This document shows positions 26,507-39,105 of a DNA stretch of 64,000 nucleotides, in pieces. Each line of letters opens with the position of its first letter. Positions within the stretch are counted from its first letter, which is position 1. The position numbers were made by a program, and so were the translations under genes. Under the pieces are notes generated by a model, which made no database searches, was not told where the DNA came from, and saw only the letters and a program-made list of their open reading frames with translations. The stretch is from Eledone cirrhosa (Eukaryota). Location: the NCBI GenBank assembly GCA_964016885.1, contig OZ024741.1, forward strand, positions 296,608,001 through 296,672,000, read 5' to 3'.

Positions 26507-26689
26507 CAACGTATAGATATTGCGACAAACTTCAACAGACTTTCTCGGAAAAAAACGTGTGTCTAACGAGTTTTGATTGAAAATGCGGGAATTTTCTGAC
26601 AGTGCAAGTCTATCTTAAAAACGTGAATTGTCTTCGGTAGTATGGATAATTCTGATATACTTAACTCCGACATCAGGACAAAAAGAAGC

Positions 26690-27560
26690 AGACCATCCTG
26701 CAGAACCTTCCACATCAGGTCACGAGGAACGCAGTCATATGCTTTTTCAATACCAGCAAAACAAGAATATACCTCTTGACAATACAAGTTGATCTCCAAC
26801 TTACACTTGATAGGTTTGATGCAGAGTGCTGGATGGCTGAAATGAAAATCAGTGCTGCGAAAACTGAGACATTCGTACTCTCAAGGAAGCCTGCGCAGTG
26901 CAATCTACATGTGAATGGAGCTCCACTGAAGCAGGTGCAGAAGTTCAAGTATCTCGGGCCGTGTTCACGAGTGATGGAAAGCAGGAGGCTGAATTAAGTG
27001 CAAGAATTGCAAAAGCTAGTGCAGTATTGCGCCAGTTTCAACATTCAGTGACCAGAAGAAAGGAGGTAGGCGTAAAAGCCAAACTCACTATCTTCAATTC
27101 GGTTTTCGTGCCAACCCTTACCTAAGGTCATAAATCTTGGATAATGACCTAAAGAATACGATCGCAAATACATTCGACCGAAATGGGGTTCCTCCGAAGG
27201 GTTTTTCGAGTAACGTTACTCGATAAAGTGCGTAGCTCGGAGATCAGAGAATCACTCCAGGTAGAGCCGCTACTTCTCTCAATTGAGAGATCACAGCTCC
27301 GATACTACGGTAATGTGGTTAGAATGTCTCAGGAAAGAATCACTGGACAGATTTTACGGACAAAACCAACCGGCAAGAGACCCAGGGATAGACCCCTAGA
27401 ATGATGGTTGGATAACATCCATGAGCTTTTGTTGGTCACGCTTGGAGATCCAGTCGGATCAGTTGGATACCGTTGCTTCTGACAGGACTGGCTGGGGGAG
27501 TGTTTGAAGACTCTGCCCCCACGACCCTTTCAGGAATAAGTGGGCGATGAAGAAGAAGAG
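26690..27560 (+). pseudogene. RTE-clade LINE, 5' truncated, with an inverted 5' RT segment and (GAA)n tail
   Basis: Plus: DLQLTLDRF..MKISAAKTE..QVQKFKYLG..FTSDG..RIAKAS..EMGFLRR..DKVRSSEIRE..QLRYYG..GKRPRDRP; minus ~26780-26690: CFAGIEKAYDCVPRDLMWKVLQ. Confidence 0.85.
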
Positions 27561-27630
27561 GATATCTGTTTATAGTATATAGTGTGTTTGTTTATAGTAT
27601 GTATAGAATGATATATTTGTTTATAGTATA

Positions 27631-28803
27631 CTAGCAGATTTACCCGGCGTTGCTCGGGGTTTGAAATTATGCTAAGAATATACAGCTAGGAAGTAAAAGA
27701 AGAACATTATTTGTCCCCAACCTGCCAAAATAAGCAAAAGTCTTCAATAATTAATGCAAACGAATATTTAGTGCAATCTTTGTACACATAAAACTATGCT
27801 GATAATGAAGGAAAACACTGAACAGGATGTAGTTATACAAATGATTAAAGACAATACACGTTGCAAATCTGTAAAAAAAACAGGCAGTTTTGCTAAAGTA
27901 CAAAAAGTTGTAATGAAAGCAGCGTTGTATACAAACCAAAAAACAATGAGAGTAGAACAAGAGAAAATCTATTCTTTGAGTATGGTTAAATTTTTAACTT
28001 ATAATCCAAAATATCCTGCATGACATATTCATTGGTATGTTTTGTAATGAGTAATGTGAAGTCAAGGCAGAGCAGTAATAAGTTTTTTTGTTAACACTAA
28101 AGCACTTCAGGATAGACGATATTCTTTGTCTTTCTTTTCGGAACAAACGCAAAGAGATTATCTCTACTGCCAACTCGTGAGCAGGTAACGTAGAATTGTC
28201 CGTGTGAAAAGCAAGGTTCATCCAAGTGAATTCTAGCGACGGACAGAGTTTGACCTTGCGACTTGTTTATGGACATCGCAAAGGCAACACGAAGGGGAAA
28301 TTGGGTTCGGCGAAAGGAGAAGGGAGTATCCACGCCTGATGTAGTCAGGCTAATTTTTGTTATTATCACATCCTCGCCTTTTCCACATCCGGATAGAATG
28401 GCAGCGTCAATACTAAGTGGAGGCAGTTTTTTAACCACAAGGCGTGTACCATTGCATAGTTTTGGAGGAGTGATATTTCTCAGCAAAATAACTGGTGTTC
28501 CCACTTTCAGAACCAATGTATTAGGAGGCAAACCAGGAGGATTTAAAGGTTATCCCCCTTTTTTATAAGGATTGTCAATAAAGTTGGTTATCTCCCTTAC
28601 ATCAAATTTGCTACCGATAATTTTGATATCGATTTTTTATTGCTCAACGTGGGTTGTGAAAAATGTTTGTGATGTGACAATCTTAGCGACCCGTGCAACG
28701 TGCACAGAAAATTTGGTCAAATTCAGTTGGTAATTGTAAAAGCCTTAAGTATGCAAAGTTGTACACAGACACACACACATCCTCGCTTTTATATATATAA
28801 AGA
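27631..28803 (-). mobile_element. Internally deleted Helitron carrying the Pif1 helicase C-terminus
   Basis: 3' CTAG at 27631 with CCCG..CGGG hairpin; 5' TC at 28803. Confidence 0.8.
28097..28550 (-). pseudogene. Helitron Pif1-like helicase C-terminal fragment
   Basis: PPNTLVLKVGTPVILLRNI..LCNGTRL..RTQFPLRVAFAMSINKSQGQTL..FSHGQFYVTCSRV..KNIVYPEVL. Confidence 0.9.
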
Positions 28804-29598
28804 TATAAAGATTTAAAGATATAGAATAGTATATTTGTTTATAGTATATAGTGTATATAGAATAGTATACAGTATATATAGAATACTTTATTTATTTATA
28901 GTATATATAAAATAGTATATTTGTTTTGATATGAAGTTCAGCAAGACGTGTTCCTCCTAAGTACTGAGTACCGTTAGTAAGTAGTCGCAATCACAGAGTG
29001 TGTGTGTAGTGCTGAAACCGGGGAGACCACTAATCATGTGAGTACTTAATGCATGGGAAGATGCAGAGTAGGTATAGAGGTATGTAAATCTCGACCGGTC
29101 GGGATTTTATCTGTGTGTGTGTGTGTGAGAGAGAGAGAGAACATATTTACTTAAGCCAAAATCTTGATTTTAGACAAACTAAAATAAATCAGTTTCACTC
29201 ATATAATATCGCCTTCATTCCAGACAAGGATAGAAAGTGGGAGAATGGAACTGAGGAAGAATCAACCCCAGTACTGGTTCTTTCTTTATTGACTTCATAA
29301 AGTATGAAAGGCAAAGTTGAACCCAGCATGATTTGAACTCAGAGAGCAGAGAGCCGGAACGAATACCACAAAGCGTTCTATCCGACGTTCTAACGACTCT
29401 GCCAATTCGCCGCCGGACTACGTAGAGGCACCACTTAATCCACTCTGTTGTGTGTGTGTGTGTGTAAATATAGATGGATGTTATGCGATCTCTATGTTTA
29501 TGTACCTATCTCTGTGTCTGAGGGTAGTTTGTAAAAAGGGTTATTTACTGTACCTATCTGATATCTTCTGACTCTAGACATAACAGACCTAAAATTGG

Positions 29599-29695
<97 letters not shown>

Positions 29696-30008
29696 TATGT
29701 ACACACAGATACATATATATGTGTGTGTGTTTGTGTATATATACAATATATATAACAACACAGGCACACAACTAAGTTAGCCTGTATCTGATAAGAAAAA
29801 CACTGTCCAATTTTGGCGTTTAAAAATGTTCTAGGAATGCTACCCTCTCAGCTCCCACACAGTTTAAAAGTGTTCAAGTCTTCAAAGAGAGGAATGGTAA
29901 ACAAGAGAGAGAGAACGACTTGGTTTTTATGGTAGTGGTTTATTTGATAACCAAACAAACATTGTTTTGGTGTTTTAACTAACCACTGCCTTCCGATACT
30001 TAGGTGTA

Positions 30009-30078
<70 letters not shown>

Positions 30079-30093
30079 CACACACATTGTATA

Positions 30094-30170
30094 CAGGGTG
30101 TTCCAAAAAAATATATACATACTTTGATTAGAATGGGTTGCAGTGTGTAGACATTTTTTTGGACACCCTG
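30094..30170. mobile_element. 77 bp Tc1/mariner-type MITE
   Basis: TIRs CAGGGTGTTCCAAAAAAA / TTTTTTTGGACACCCTG, TA on both sides. Confidence 0.7.
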
Positions 30171-30753
30171 TATATCTATATATATATATATGTCTGTCTG
30201 TGTGGACGTTACATTTTTAACGATTTTTTTTTTTGTACATAGGAAATTCCAATTGTGCACCTACTTCATATATATATATATATATATATATATACATGGT
30301 GCAAAATGCATTATTTAAACATACATATATACATACATAATCACGCGTACATATATATGCATTTTCCAGAAGAAGGCCTTTGGGGAAGATAGACGCTTTT
30401 TGTTCGTTCATTCGTTCTACATATCCGGTTTTCTGTGTGGAATTTTTTTAAAATATATGAAGGGTTAGTAGGACTACAAGACGACGAATTGGCTAAGTCG
30501 TTAGAACGTCGGATAGAATGATTTGTGGTATTCGTTTTCTCTTCTCTCTCTCGCCGGAATTGGCTATGTTCTGACCTAAAGAGGGATCGGCTTGTACGCC
30601 GACTTAAAAATGCCTCGGACGCTTTAAAATTTCGTGACGGTGACTCCGTCAGGAGTTTCGGATATATGGACCTGTTATTTTTCTCTAAAAATATTTTCTT
30701 CCATTTCCGCCCGTCTCCCCAGTCTCTCTATTTCTTCTTTAATTTCTCATTCT

Positions 30754-30791
30754 ATTTTCTGATGAAGGATTAGCGTCCGAAACGTTAAAAT
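30754..30791 (+). ncRNA. Minimal hammerhead ribozyme motif (family D)
   Basis: ATTTT-CTGATGA-A-GGAT-TAGC-GTCC-GAAA-CG-TT-AAAAT; palindromic AACGTT stem III. Confidence 0.75.
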
Positions 30792-30880
30792 TATTTTCCT
30801 ACTATACCAAGCGTAAAACTAATAATATATTTCTTCATCGTATTGTGTCGTTTGCTTTGTTATTTCTGTTTGCCTTTTGA

Positions 30881-30914
<34 letters not shown>

Positions 30915-30984
30915 ATATGTGTGTACGTTACATATATATGTATGTTTAAATATAGCATTTAGAACTACTTCATATATCACCATC

Positions 30985-31235
30985 ATCATCATCATCTTCG
31001 TTTAACGTCCATTTTCCACGCTAGCATGGGTTAGACGGGAGTTGTCCCACTTGAAGTCAAGGCTGATCGGGTGACCGTTTCTCGCTCATATAGGACTATC
31101 TGGCAGGTTTTCTACGGCTGGATGCCCTTCCTAACACCAACCACATTTACAGTGTGGAACTGGGAACTTTTTTACCGTGTTACCTACACGGCCACATTAC
31201 AGCGTGGACTGTGTTTTTTGTCGTGACACCTACAC
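30985..31235 (-). mobile_element. SINE-like family S3 with (GAT)n tail; plus-strand relative at ~39690-40250, interrupted by a ~194 bp TIR element at 39847-40040
   Basis: Shared GTGGTTG.(C/T)GTTAGGAAGG.CATCCA..TAGAAA and tandem CAGTCCACACTGTAA units. Confidence 0.6.
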
Positions 31236-31450
31236 GATCTCGATCTCGTTTTCTCGTGCTGTTGGTGGGAGTGGGAGGATAGGGTAGGCTTAGTGGATTG
31301 GGGTGTATATTTGGTTAAGAGGTGCCTACTGACTGTAGGTTTCGCTTTGTACATAGGCAAGGCGGGTCTTCTGTATTACTGCGTAGCGCCAAAGATCTCG
31401 GTCCAGAGACATTGTCTTAGAGAGATGTGTGTGAGGTCGGAATTTATCAG

Positions 31451-31526
<76 letters not shown>

Positions 31527-31624
31527 AAGTAGGTGCACAGTTTATTTTGTTTTTGTAGGAAATTCCAATTGTGTATCTACTTCACATATATGTATGAAGT
31601 GATTCAAAATGCATTATTGAAACA

Positions 31625-34600
31625 CTAGCAGAACAACCGCCCTTTCGGGCGGTTTTCTGCTAGCAAGTATAGTGTGCATATTGATATATGCACATAGATA
31701 TGATACATAAATTGACAATATGCACATAAACTGAACAAAGACTGTGTTACACTTACTTCTGTAATCAGTAAAGTAATCCATGATACATTTAAAAAAAGAA
31801 GCGATAATGGAGATGGAAAAGCAATGAAACTGTTGATGGAAAATGTTCATGAATCTTCATCTGAGAATGTCAATGGGAAGCTTCAAGAAGTGAATTTGAA
31901 AATAGATGCTGCTGGTATGAATGAATGAATTACATTTATCAATATGAAGAGTTGACCTTCGCTATATTGTTGTTTTACTGTATTCACATATAGACTTCTT
32001 AAGCTTTTGTAGTGTCTCTTTTCTAGCAGTTAAAAAGAAACTGAAATGCATTTCAACTAAAAGAGAGTGATAGCTGTTTCACATCACTGTAGAATTTCTT
32101 TGTAGACACAGTTGTCAGCAAACAGACCCCTTTCATTTAATATTTTTATATTTTCTATTTTTGTAACTTGTGATGTTGCAACATACATCTGACCATGTGA
32201 GAAGAATTGTGTTGGTAGATATACACCTATCTTTTCAAATGTCTGCCCTTGTGCCTTGTTGCATGTAAGGGCAAAGGCTGGTTTGACAGGAAATTGCTTC
32301 CGAGTAAAGGTGAAAGGGAACTCAAGCTCTTGAGATACATGTGGTATCCTTGGGATTAGTAACCTTGTTCCAGCATTGGGACCCAATGCCACTTCAGCTC
32401 AATTACATGGTTATGTAAACTGATGATGATGTAGCGTGTACCATTGCAATGCCCCTTTAGAGGATCCAGATTTCTCAGAAGCATGATGCAACTACCTTTC
32501 TTCAGTTTAAGTATGTGTGTTGGGAAGCATGAAGGGTACGTTTGTTGATGAACTCAATTGGATATTGCAGTTCATTATCTACTGTATCAGAGCTTTTGTA
32601 GATTATTTCATGACCAGGGAACTTGTTCACCAATCTTGCTGCATCATTTGTTGGAGTGATAATGGCTCCATTTGCAAGCAATAGTGAGTTTGTGTAGTTT
32701 TCTGGAAGATTTGTATACACAAAATTACACAGTCCAGACACATTACCATATTCCAGACAAAGTTCATTTGGCAGAAGAATTGTGAATGCACCTACAGTTG
32801 GAACAGTTGGAATGTTACCATTTCCCACATCAAGAAGGTAGTTTGCAAACTGTCTTTCACCAGAATCCTCTGTATCAATTAACGGTTGATTGGTTGTCAT
32901 CTCCATGGTTTCCACATAGTCCCAGAGATAGGATCTCTTGATGGTTGCCTCAACTATTTGTAGTTTAGCACCATGACGTACAATTTACTTCCAGTCACCA
33001 GATAGTAATACTGTTAGACCACGAAATGGCTTTTTGCAATCTCGACCATCTTTGAAGCTCCTGTCAAGTCATTCAAAGATATGCTTATGTCCCATACCTA
33101 TCTCATCAATGATTAGCATGTCAGCTTGCTGCATAAATTTACCTGTGTCATCCCTCTTTGTGAAGAAGCAAGTTGATTCAGCAGTCACATTGAGAGGAAT
33201 CTTGCACTTGGAATGAAGAGTTCTACCTTTGTGAAGCAAAGTGGCTGCTATTCCAGATATGGCAGTGGCAAGTGCAATTTTATTTTAGATTGGAGGTAAT
33301 CCAATAGGATGTTTATGACATAGGTCTTTCCTGTACCTGCACTTGCATTCAAACAGAAAATTCTGCCTTCATTTTCATTTACAGAGGTGATTACTTTGTG
33401 AAAAATAACCAGTTGCTCAGGATTCAATGTTGGCAGAAGTTCATTTATGTTTGCTTGCAGTTGGTGTGTATTGAAATCAGTTTCTGCCATAAGAACCCTG
33501 TTGATTTCTGGTATGGCAACAATAGTTGGGTCTGGTCAGGGAAGTCCATAGTTGGCATGAATGTCCAAGCCATCATATTGAAGTCTTTGTTGGATCTTCT
33601 GTAGAACAATCTGCACGGTTTGCATGGACATGACTTGCTCATGATGTTCATGCATGATATCCTCTGCAAGACAATTCTTCCATTTCTCCAAGAACTGCAG
33701 AGGGCCATTTGGCATGCAGTACAATAAAATGGTGCAGAAGATCTCTCGCAGCTGAGGACCAAGCGTAATGGATGAGGCCTCTTCCATAGCTTTGTCGTTT
33801 TATCCATCTTCATCTAACAGACCAAGTTTCCTTCTTGGAATGTTGGAAATTCAACTCCTTCAATTGTCCTCAAATCTTTGTATGAAGTTGACCTAGCCTT
33901 GTGATGTAGGATCATTCTGAGGTAATATAATTCCGATTGATGTCTACTGTGAGACACTGTTGGAATGCGTCCAAGAGATTCACCCATAAATTGTTGATCA
34001 CCATCCAGATGTCCCTTTTTTCTTCTTTGTCACTTTTTGTTTGTCCAAGGGAAATATTTAGGAATATCAATCAATATACAATATGTTTTGTGCCAGTGGG
34101 TCTCTAATATTCAGTTGAAAATATTCCGTCAACTTAGTCATTGGCTGTCCCCTAGAAACAACACTTTCTTCCTGCCCTCGCTCATACACAACCATTTGTT
34201 CCCCAGATAAATGGCAAGGCAACTTTTCAACTGGCGGTTTTCGATGATGTAATGGAAATTTATAGGTTCTCCAGAATGCTTCACTGGCTGAGATGTACCG
34301 TGCATTGATATAGGTCTCAATCTCATTTTGGGCATGGACACAATTTCCTTGATCATCCTTAATAGTGAAAGTGATCTTGTCTGATCCTTTCGTGATGTAC
34401 TTATATAAGTACTTAACAGCCTTGACACTGTGGACAACCTCACAATTGATGTGGCACTGATATCTCAATGAGAGGAAAGGGCTGTATGGAACAATCCAAC
34501 GATTATCAACAGTAAATTCTTGACCTTTAAGTTGGATTGTATGGGTGTGACCACCATGCTGTCTATCCCTTCTATACTCCGGAAAGGAATTTTAGGCAAC

Positions 34601-34730
34601 AAATGTGGTTCGTCTGAATGCCTTGGGATAACCTTTTGAGCAATGGTGTTGTTGTCCTAGTCCTTCTATACATGGGCATATCATATTAGCTTGTCCACAT
34701 GGGCCATGAATGTTGCAGGATGTGATTCAA
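31625..34730 (-). mobile_element. 5'-truncated, degenerate autonomous Helitron (RepHel pseudogene 32084-34730)
   Basis: Rep-region HGPCG..C.KGYP..YRR..VDNRWIVPYSP..RYQCHINCEV..AVKYLYKYITKGSD..ARYISASEAFWR; Walker A ASAGTGKT; RKQFPV..NKAQGQTF..FSHGQMYVA; 3' CTAG with AACCGCCC/GGGCGGTT hairpin. Confidence 0.92.
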
Positions 34731-35929
34731 ATCCTTAGCTCCTCTTTCTATCATCTTCGTGGACACTTTAGAAGTGTTGTTTGTCTATTATATAAATAAA
34801 ATAAAAAACCCTATAGCATTTTAAACTATATATTTTTTAATATTGGGCACTTTTATGTTCGCAAACAATTCATTATTTTTACTTTTTTCACTTGTTATTT
34901 TGTATCTGGTCCTTATCCTTGGGACTCATGGGGTTTTGACTTCTATATTTATTGTATATATCTATTAAATGATCCTATTACAATGATTGATCTAAAACAT
35001 TAATTTTAACAATATTTCCAGTAACTTATTTATTGTATGGTATTATGTTATGTCTATTTGAGAGGTATCATCTTAAGTCTTTGGATAATATAATCTTTGT
35101 GTATTTTTTTGATAAACGCACATATGTAATTTAATAATCAGACTTTTTAAAGTTTAATTATAAGGCCTGTTGATCCTTTAGGCATTCAAATCGTTAATCT
35201 TAAAATTCTTTAAAAATTACAACTGTAATTATTTTCTAAATTATATTATTAATTTAATATTATATAATAAAGTTAGTAAAGTTTACCTTCGTGAGGTTGT
35301 AAAAACATTGTTTTCTTTCTCGTGTTTGTAAATCCTTTAAATTTGATTTCATAAAATTTGTTTTTAGAAATTAAACTTGATAGTAAGTATACTTTAATAT
35401 TAATACAGATTAACTTTTATAACCTAAAATATTATTCATTACTCTGAACTAACTTAAATTAAATGTATGTATGGATAGTTGTCTAAGGACTTGATATTAA
35501 CCTTCATATGAATAAACACAATTATATTTAAAATTCCGATTGATGAATACTTTTGAATATTTTTTAGATATTTCAATAATTCAATAAATTGTGTTTTTTC
35601 CATTTTCCTAAAGCTAAGCCCAAATATTGTTTTAGTTTAATATCTCCCTATAATATTACATTGTATAAGTTATTCCTCTTTATCTCTCTCTCTGTAATCA
35701 ACTCTCCTTTGTTTTCTAGGTTCCTACTAGCTATATTATCCCCGCATCTGTTTCTTCCTCTATGCCTTTCTTTTCGTTCCTCCTTCTTCAGTAATTTAAA
35801 TTATTTAACAGTTATTTTACTACCCTCTCTATTGTATGTATTATGTGTTTTTCTCATGTTTTCAATATTAAGGTATATAAATATTGGAATTTGTCATATA
35901 TTACTCACTTCCATGCCTGAATCTTAACC

Positions 35930-36135
35930 ATCTACTATGTCAGGGTATGACATGCATCATCTTATTTTATCTGATGAGGACGTACTGTTGAAGTTAACTC
36001 AGTACCTCTAAAATATGTATAATAAAATATACTTGATCACAAGAATATCTATTTTGTTAATATTTTGAATTAATATTAATAACTCCGGAAAACCAAATCT
36101 TGTTGAGTGCTTCCAATCTATTGTAAAACTCATTC
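35930..36135 (+). mobile_element. Diverged family A relative; HHR ~35964-36029 with G12 mutated
   Basis: TATTTTAT-CTGATGA-GGACGTACTG-loop-CAGTACCTCT-AAAA-TATGTA-TA-ATAAAATA. Confidence 0.65.
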
Positions 36136-36156
36136 TTTGATTTATTCATTGAACCT

Positions 36157-37764
36157 TGTTTAACCTTTAGGCGGGCGCTGGTCGTCAGTCATCCCGTCTA
36201 ATTGGATATTGTTTACTGGCACATAGTCAAAGAAGGAATAAAGAACATACCTCAATTTTATGTTATAAAAACATTTTTTATATAGGAGCAATTACAGAAT
36301 ATATTCAAATACTTTAGTGCTCCTAGGTTGGGATATATTTAAGTCGTCGTATACTGCCGCATGGTATGATGTCATTCTTTGGATCACTGCATGAAGATAG
36401 CACGATAGAGATAGCACGTCTATTCTCCCCGAGGAGATCATCGTTTAAAAAATATTGTTTCAGCTACTGACGTCAGAACTAAAGGCAGTTAATCGACTGC
36501 CTTCACAGTCGACGCTAGATGGCGTGATCTTCTACGTGGTCTGCCACCAGATTTTTAGAAAATTAAATAAAAATCGGTTCATCGAATCATGTATGTAGAA
36601 AAACCGATTACCAACCATCAAAAATCCCAAACCAAGGAGCAATGAGCCCAACCGAGCATGAAGAGCACAACAAATTTCAAAAATACATATTAAAAAAAGC
36701 ATGCAAGAACGTGAAAGGAAAAAACAAATGTAATACAATGTAAATACAATTTCCTAAAAGTTCCAAAAGTCACTACAGGATTAAAGCACCGCACAATAGC
36801 AGTTTAAAGATATACCGTGCTACACAGTTTTTTGGGCCAATGAACCCTCCGACCGGAACGGGTCGTAATCTTATATCTTGGTGAGGGGGGGGGGGGGGGC
36901 AAAGAAACAGGTGTGTGTGCAAAAGAGAAAGATGGGGGTGTATGTGGCTCAGGTGTGTGAGCATCTGTGTGGGCCCGTTTAAGTCTATCAACCGCAATGG
37001 TCTCTCTGGATCCCTTAATGTCTACAGTGAAATGTTTATCAGAACGAGCCAACACACGATAGGGTCCAGAGTACGGTTGTGTGAGAGGTGGTTTCACGGC
37101 ATCGTTTCTCACAAACAAATGGGTCCACGAGGCAATATCCCTCGGGACTGCAGATCTTACAGTTTGCTTCCTCGTATCCATCGGCGGCAGGTCCTGAAAA
37201 TAAGAACGCAGACGGGATACGTAGGAAAGCGGATCTTGTTCAGCAAGATCGACAGGGGCAAGCATTTTCCCAGGCAACGCTAGAGGAGCACCATACAATA
37301 ATTCGGCCGGGGAGAACCCAAGGTCCTCCTTTATTGATGACCGAATCCCCAACAACACAATAGGGAGGTACTCGCTCCAACGCGTAGAGTCAGGAGAAGT
37401 CCGTAGAGCGGGTTTTAGTTGTCGGTGGAAACGCTCCACCATTCCATTAGAGGCAGGATGATATTCAGTCGTTCGGATGCGTTTAGCGCCGATGATCTTC
37501 GTTAATTCATGGAAGAGATTCGATTCAAACTGTCTTCCACAGTCCATTATAATCGTGGTTGACACCCCAAGGCGGGCAATCCATCCTGATACTAGGGCAC
37601 GCGCTGTCGTTTCAGCAGTGATGTCTTTCAAGGGGATGGCTTCAGGCCATCGCGAAAAACGATCAATAACAGTCAATAGATAAGTATGACCACCACTGAC
37701 TGGCCAAGGTCCCACGATGTCCACATGAACGTACCGTCGACGCTAGATGGCCTGATCTTCTATA
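36157..37764 (-). mobile_element. Internally deleted Gypsy provirus: first ~28 bp of 5' LTR, integrase, full 3' LTR (36157-36536), 5 bp TSD AACCT
   Basis: AACCT at 36152-36156 and 37765-37769; GTCGACGCTAGATGGC.TGATCTTCTA at ~36508-36534 and ~37736-37762; LTR ends ..CA on minus. Confidence 0.8.
36804..37733 (-). CDS. Gypsy/Ty3 integrase (DDE core + GPY/F motif), open but N-terminally truncated
   Basis: [78 protein letters not shown]. Confidence 0.9.
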   Translation of the reverse strand, partial: YVHVDIVGPWPVSGGHTYLLTVIDRFSRWPEAIPLKDITAETTARALVSGWIARLGVSTTIIMDCGRQFESNLFHELTKIIGAKRIRTTEYHPASNGMVERFHRQLKPALRTSPDSTRWSEYLPIVLLGIRSSIKEDLGFSPAELLYGAPLALPGKMLAPVDLAEQDPLSYVSRLRSYFQDLPPMDTRKQTVRSAVPRDIASWTHLFVRNDAVKPPLTQPYSGPYRVLARSDKHFTVDIKGSRETIAVDRLKRAHTDAHTPEPHTPPSFSFAHTPVSLPPPPPSPRYKITTRSGRRVHWPKKLCSTVYL

Positions 37765-37770
37765 AACCTT

Positions 37771-37820
<50 letters not shown>

Positions 37821-38467
37821 ACAGTCACTCCTCTCTTTATATACTCACACATACAATCTCTCTCGCTCTAGTAATTTTATAAAATCAAAGAAGAACAACA
37901 TGCACACATACACATCAGCGTGTTGAAAAAAATGCAAATCGCTTCATCTTTCACTTTCACTCTCTATCTCTCTCTCTCTCTAGTATAGATATACTGGAAG
38001 TATTGAAATTTGAATCTTTTTAAAAGTAAATCTTGAATAATATTTTTAATATATGTTTAATCATAAATGTATGTATATTTGTGTGAAAGTATGTGTATTT
38101 GTGTGAATTATGTTCGTGAGAGTGTATTTTTATAAGTTTGTGTTTGCACGATTATAGTTATATATACTCATAATAGTTATATACTCATACATATAGATGT
38201 ATGTATGTGCACACTCATTCGCGTCAGCGTGTAGAAAATCCTAATATCTCTCTCTTTCTATATATATGGTAGTTGAAGTAGTGGTGGTGGCGACGATATA
38301 CCGGAAGTGCAACTTTGAAAAGAAGTCAATTTGAAATTATTTATCTTTACGAAATTGAGTAGATAAATTATGTAATATTCATTCATTATTTATTCAAAGT
38401 AATCCAACTTATTTTACAAACGGGATAAAAAAAAAACCGTACGCTATCCCGCAGACCTTCCTTTATT

Positions 38468-38664
38468 GGTGGATTGGCAGTATCGGTAGAGGGTCGGACG
38501 CTATGCTTTGACGCACAGAGTTACGGCCCTTGCCATTCTGAGTTCGAATCTCGCCGAGGTTAACTTTGCCTTTCATCCTTAAGGGGTCGATGAAATAAAG
38601 TACAAGTAATGCACTGGGTAATTGCTGGCCTTGTGCCAAAAAGTAGAAACAATTATAGTTTAAA
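38468..38664 (+). mobile_element. S1 SINE with 11 bp TSD, inserted in a minus-strand Helitron 5' end (38330-38685)
   Basis: CTTCCTTTATT at 38457-38467 and 38665-38675. Confidence 0.85.
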
Positions 38665-38867
38665 CTTCCTTTATTATAGTTTAGATACATATATATACTC
38701 CGCATACATATATATTCATTTTCCAGGGGAAGGCCTTTGGGGAAGAAAGATGCTTTTTGTTCGTTGGTACTACGTATCTGTTTTTCTGAGTGGAATTTTT
38801 CTAATATTTATGAAGGTTTAGTAGGACTACAAGGCGGCGAATTGTATGAGCAATATACACACACACA

Positions 38868-39105
38868 CATGACAGAAAGAGAGAAGAAGGCTGCAGTTGG
38901 CAGGGTGGAAGAGGCAGCAGAAAGAGCTTCTTGTTGGCTTTCGAGCAAGAGAGAGTAGATAATCTGGAAGCCCGGAGGCGAAGATGGGCAGTAATTTGGC
39001 CACCACTACTGACCCACCAGCGAGAGGGTGTTATAGTTGAGGGTCTAAACACCCAATGACTGTTGGACACCGTCTGATGAAATTAACGCCTCTGGCCAAG
39101 GCTAT
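38868..39105 (+). mobile_element. 3' end of an REL-type non-LTR element (HERO/NeSL-like) with a structured 3' UTR
   Basis: EREKKAAVGRVEEAAERASCWLSSKRE resembles the AAERAS.WLW..R C-terminus; clade from motif recall. Confidence 0.5.

Larger units (their letters stand above)
24890..28922. repeat. ~30 bp minisatellite (TATAGAATAGTGTATCTGTTTATAGTA-like) split by nested insertions
   Basis: Units at 24890-25018, 26028-26159, 27562-27630, 28820-28922. Confidence 0.75.

Noticed and set aside
34790-35930. Possible decayed ORF or host exon in the AT-rich stretch
   Set aside because: No recognisable motif or sustained reading frame by eye; needs tBLASTx/HMM
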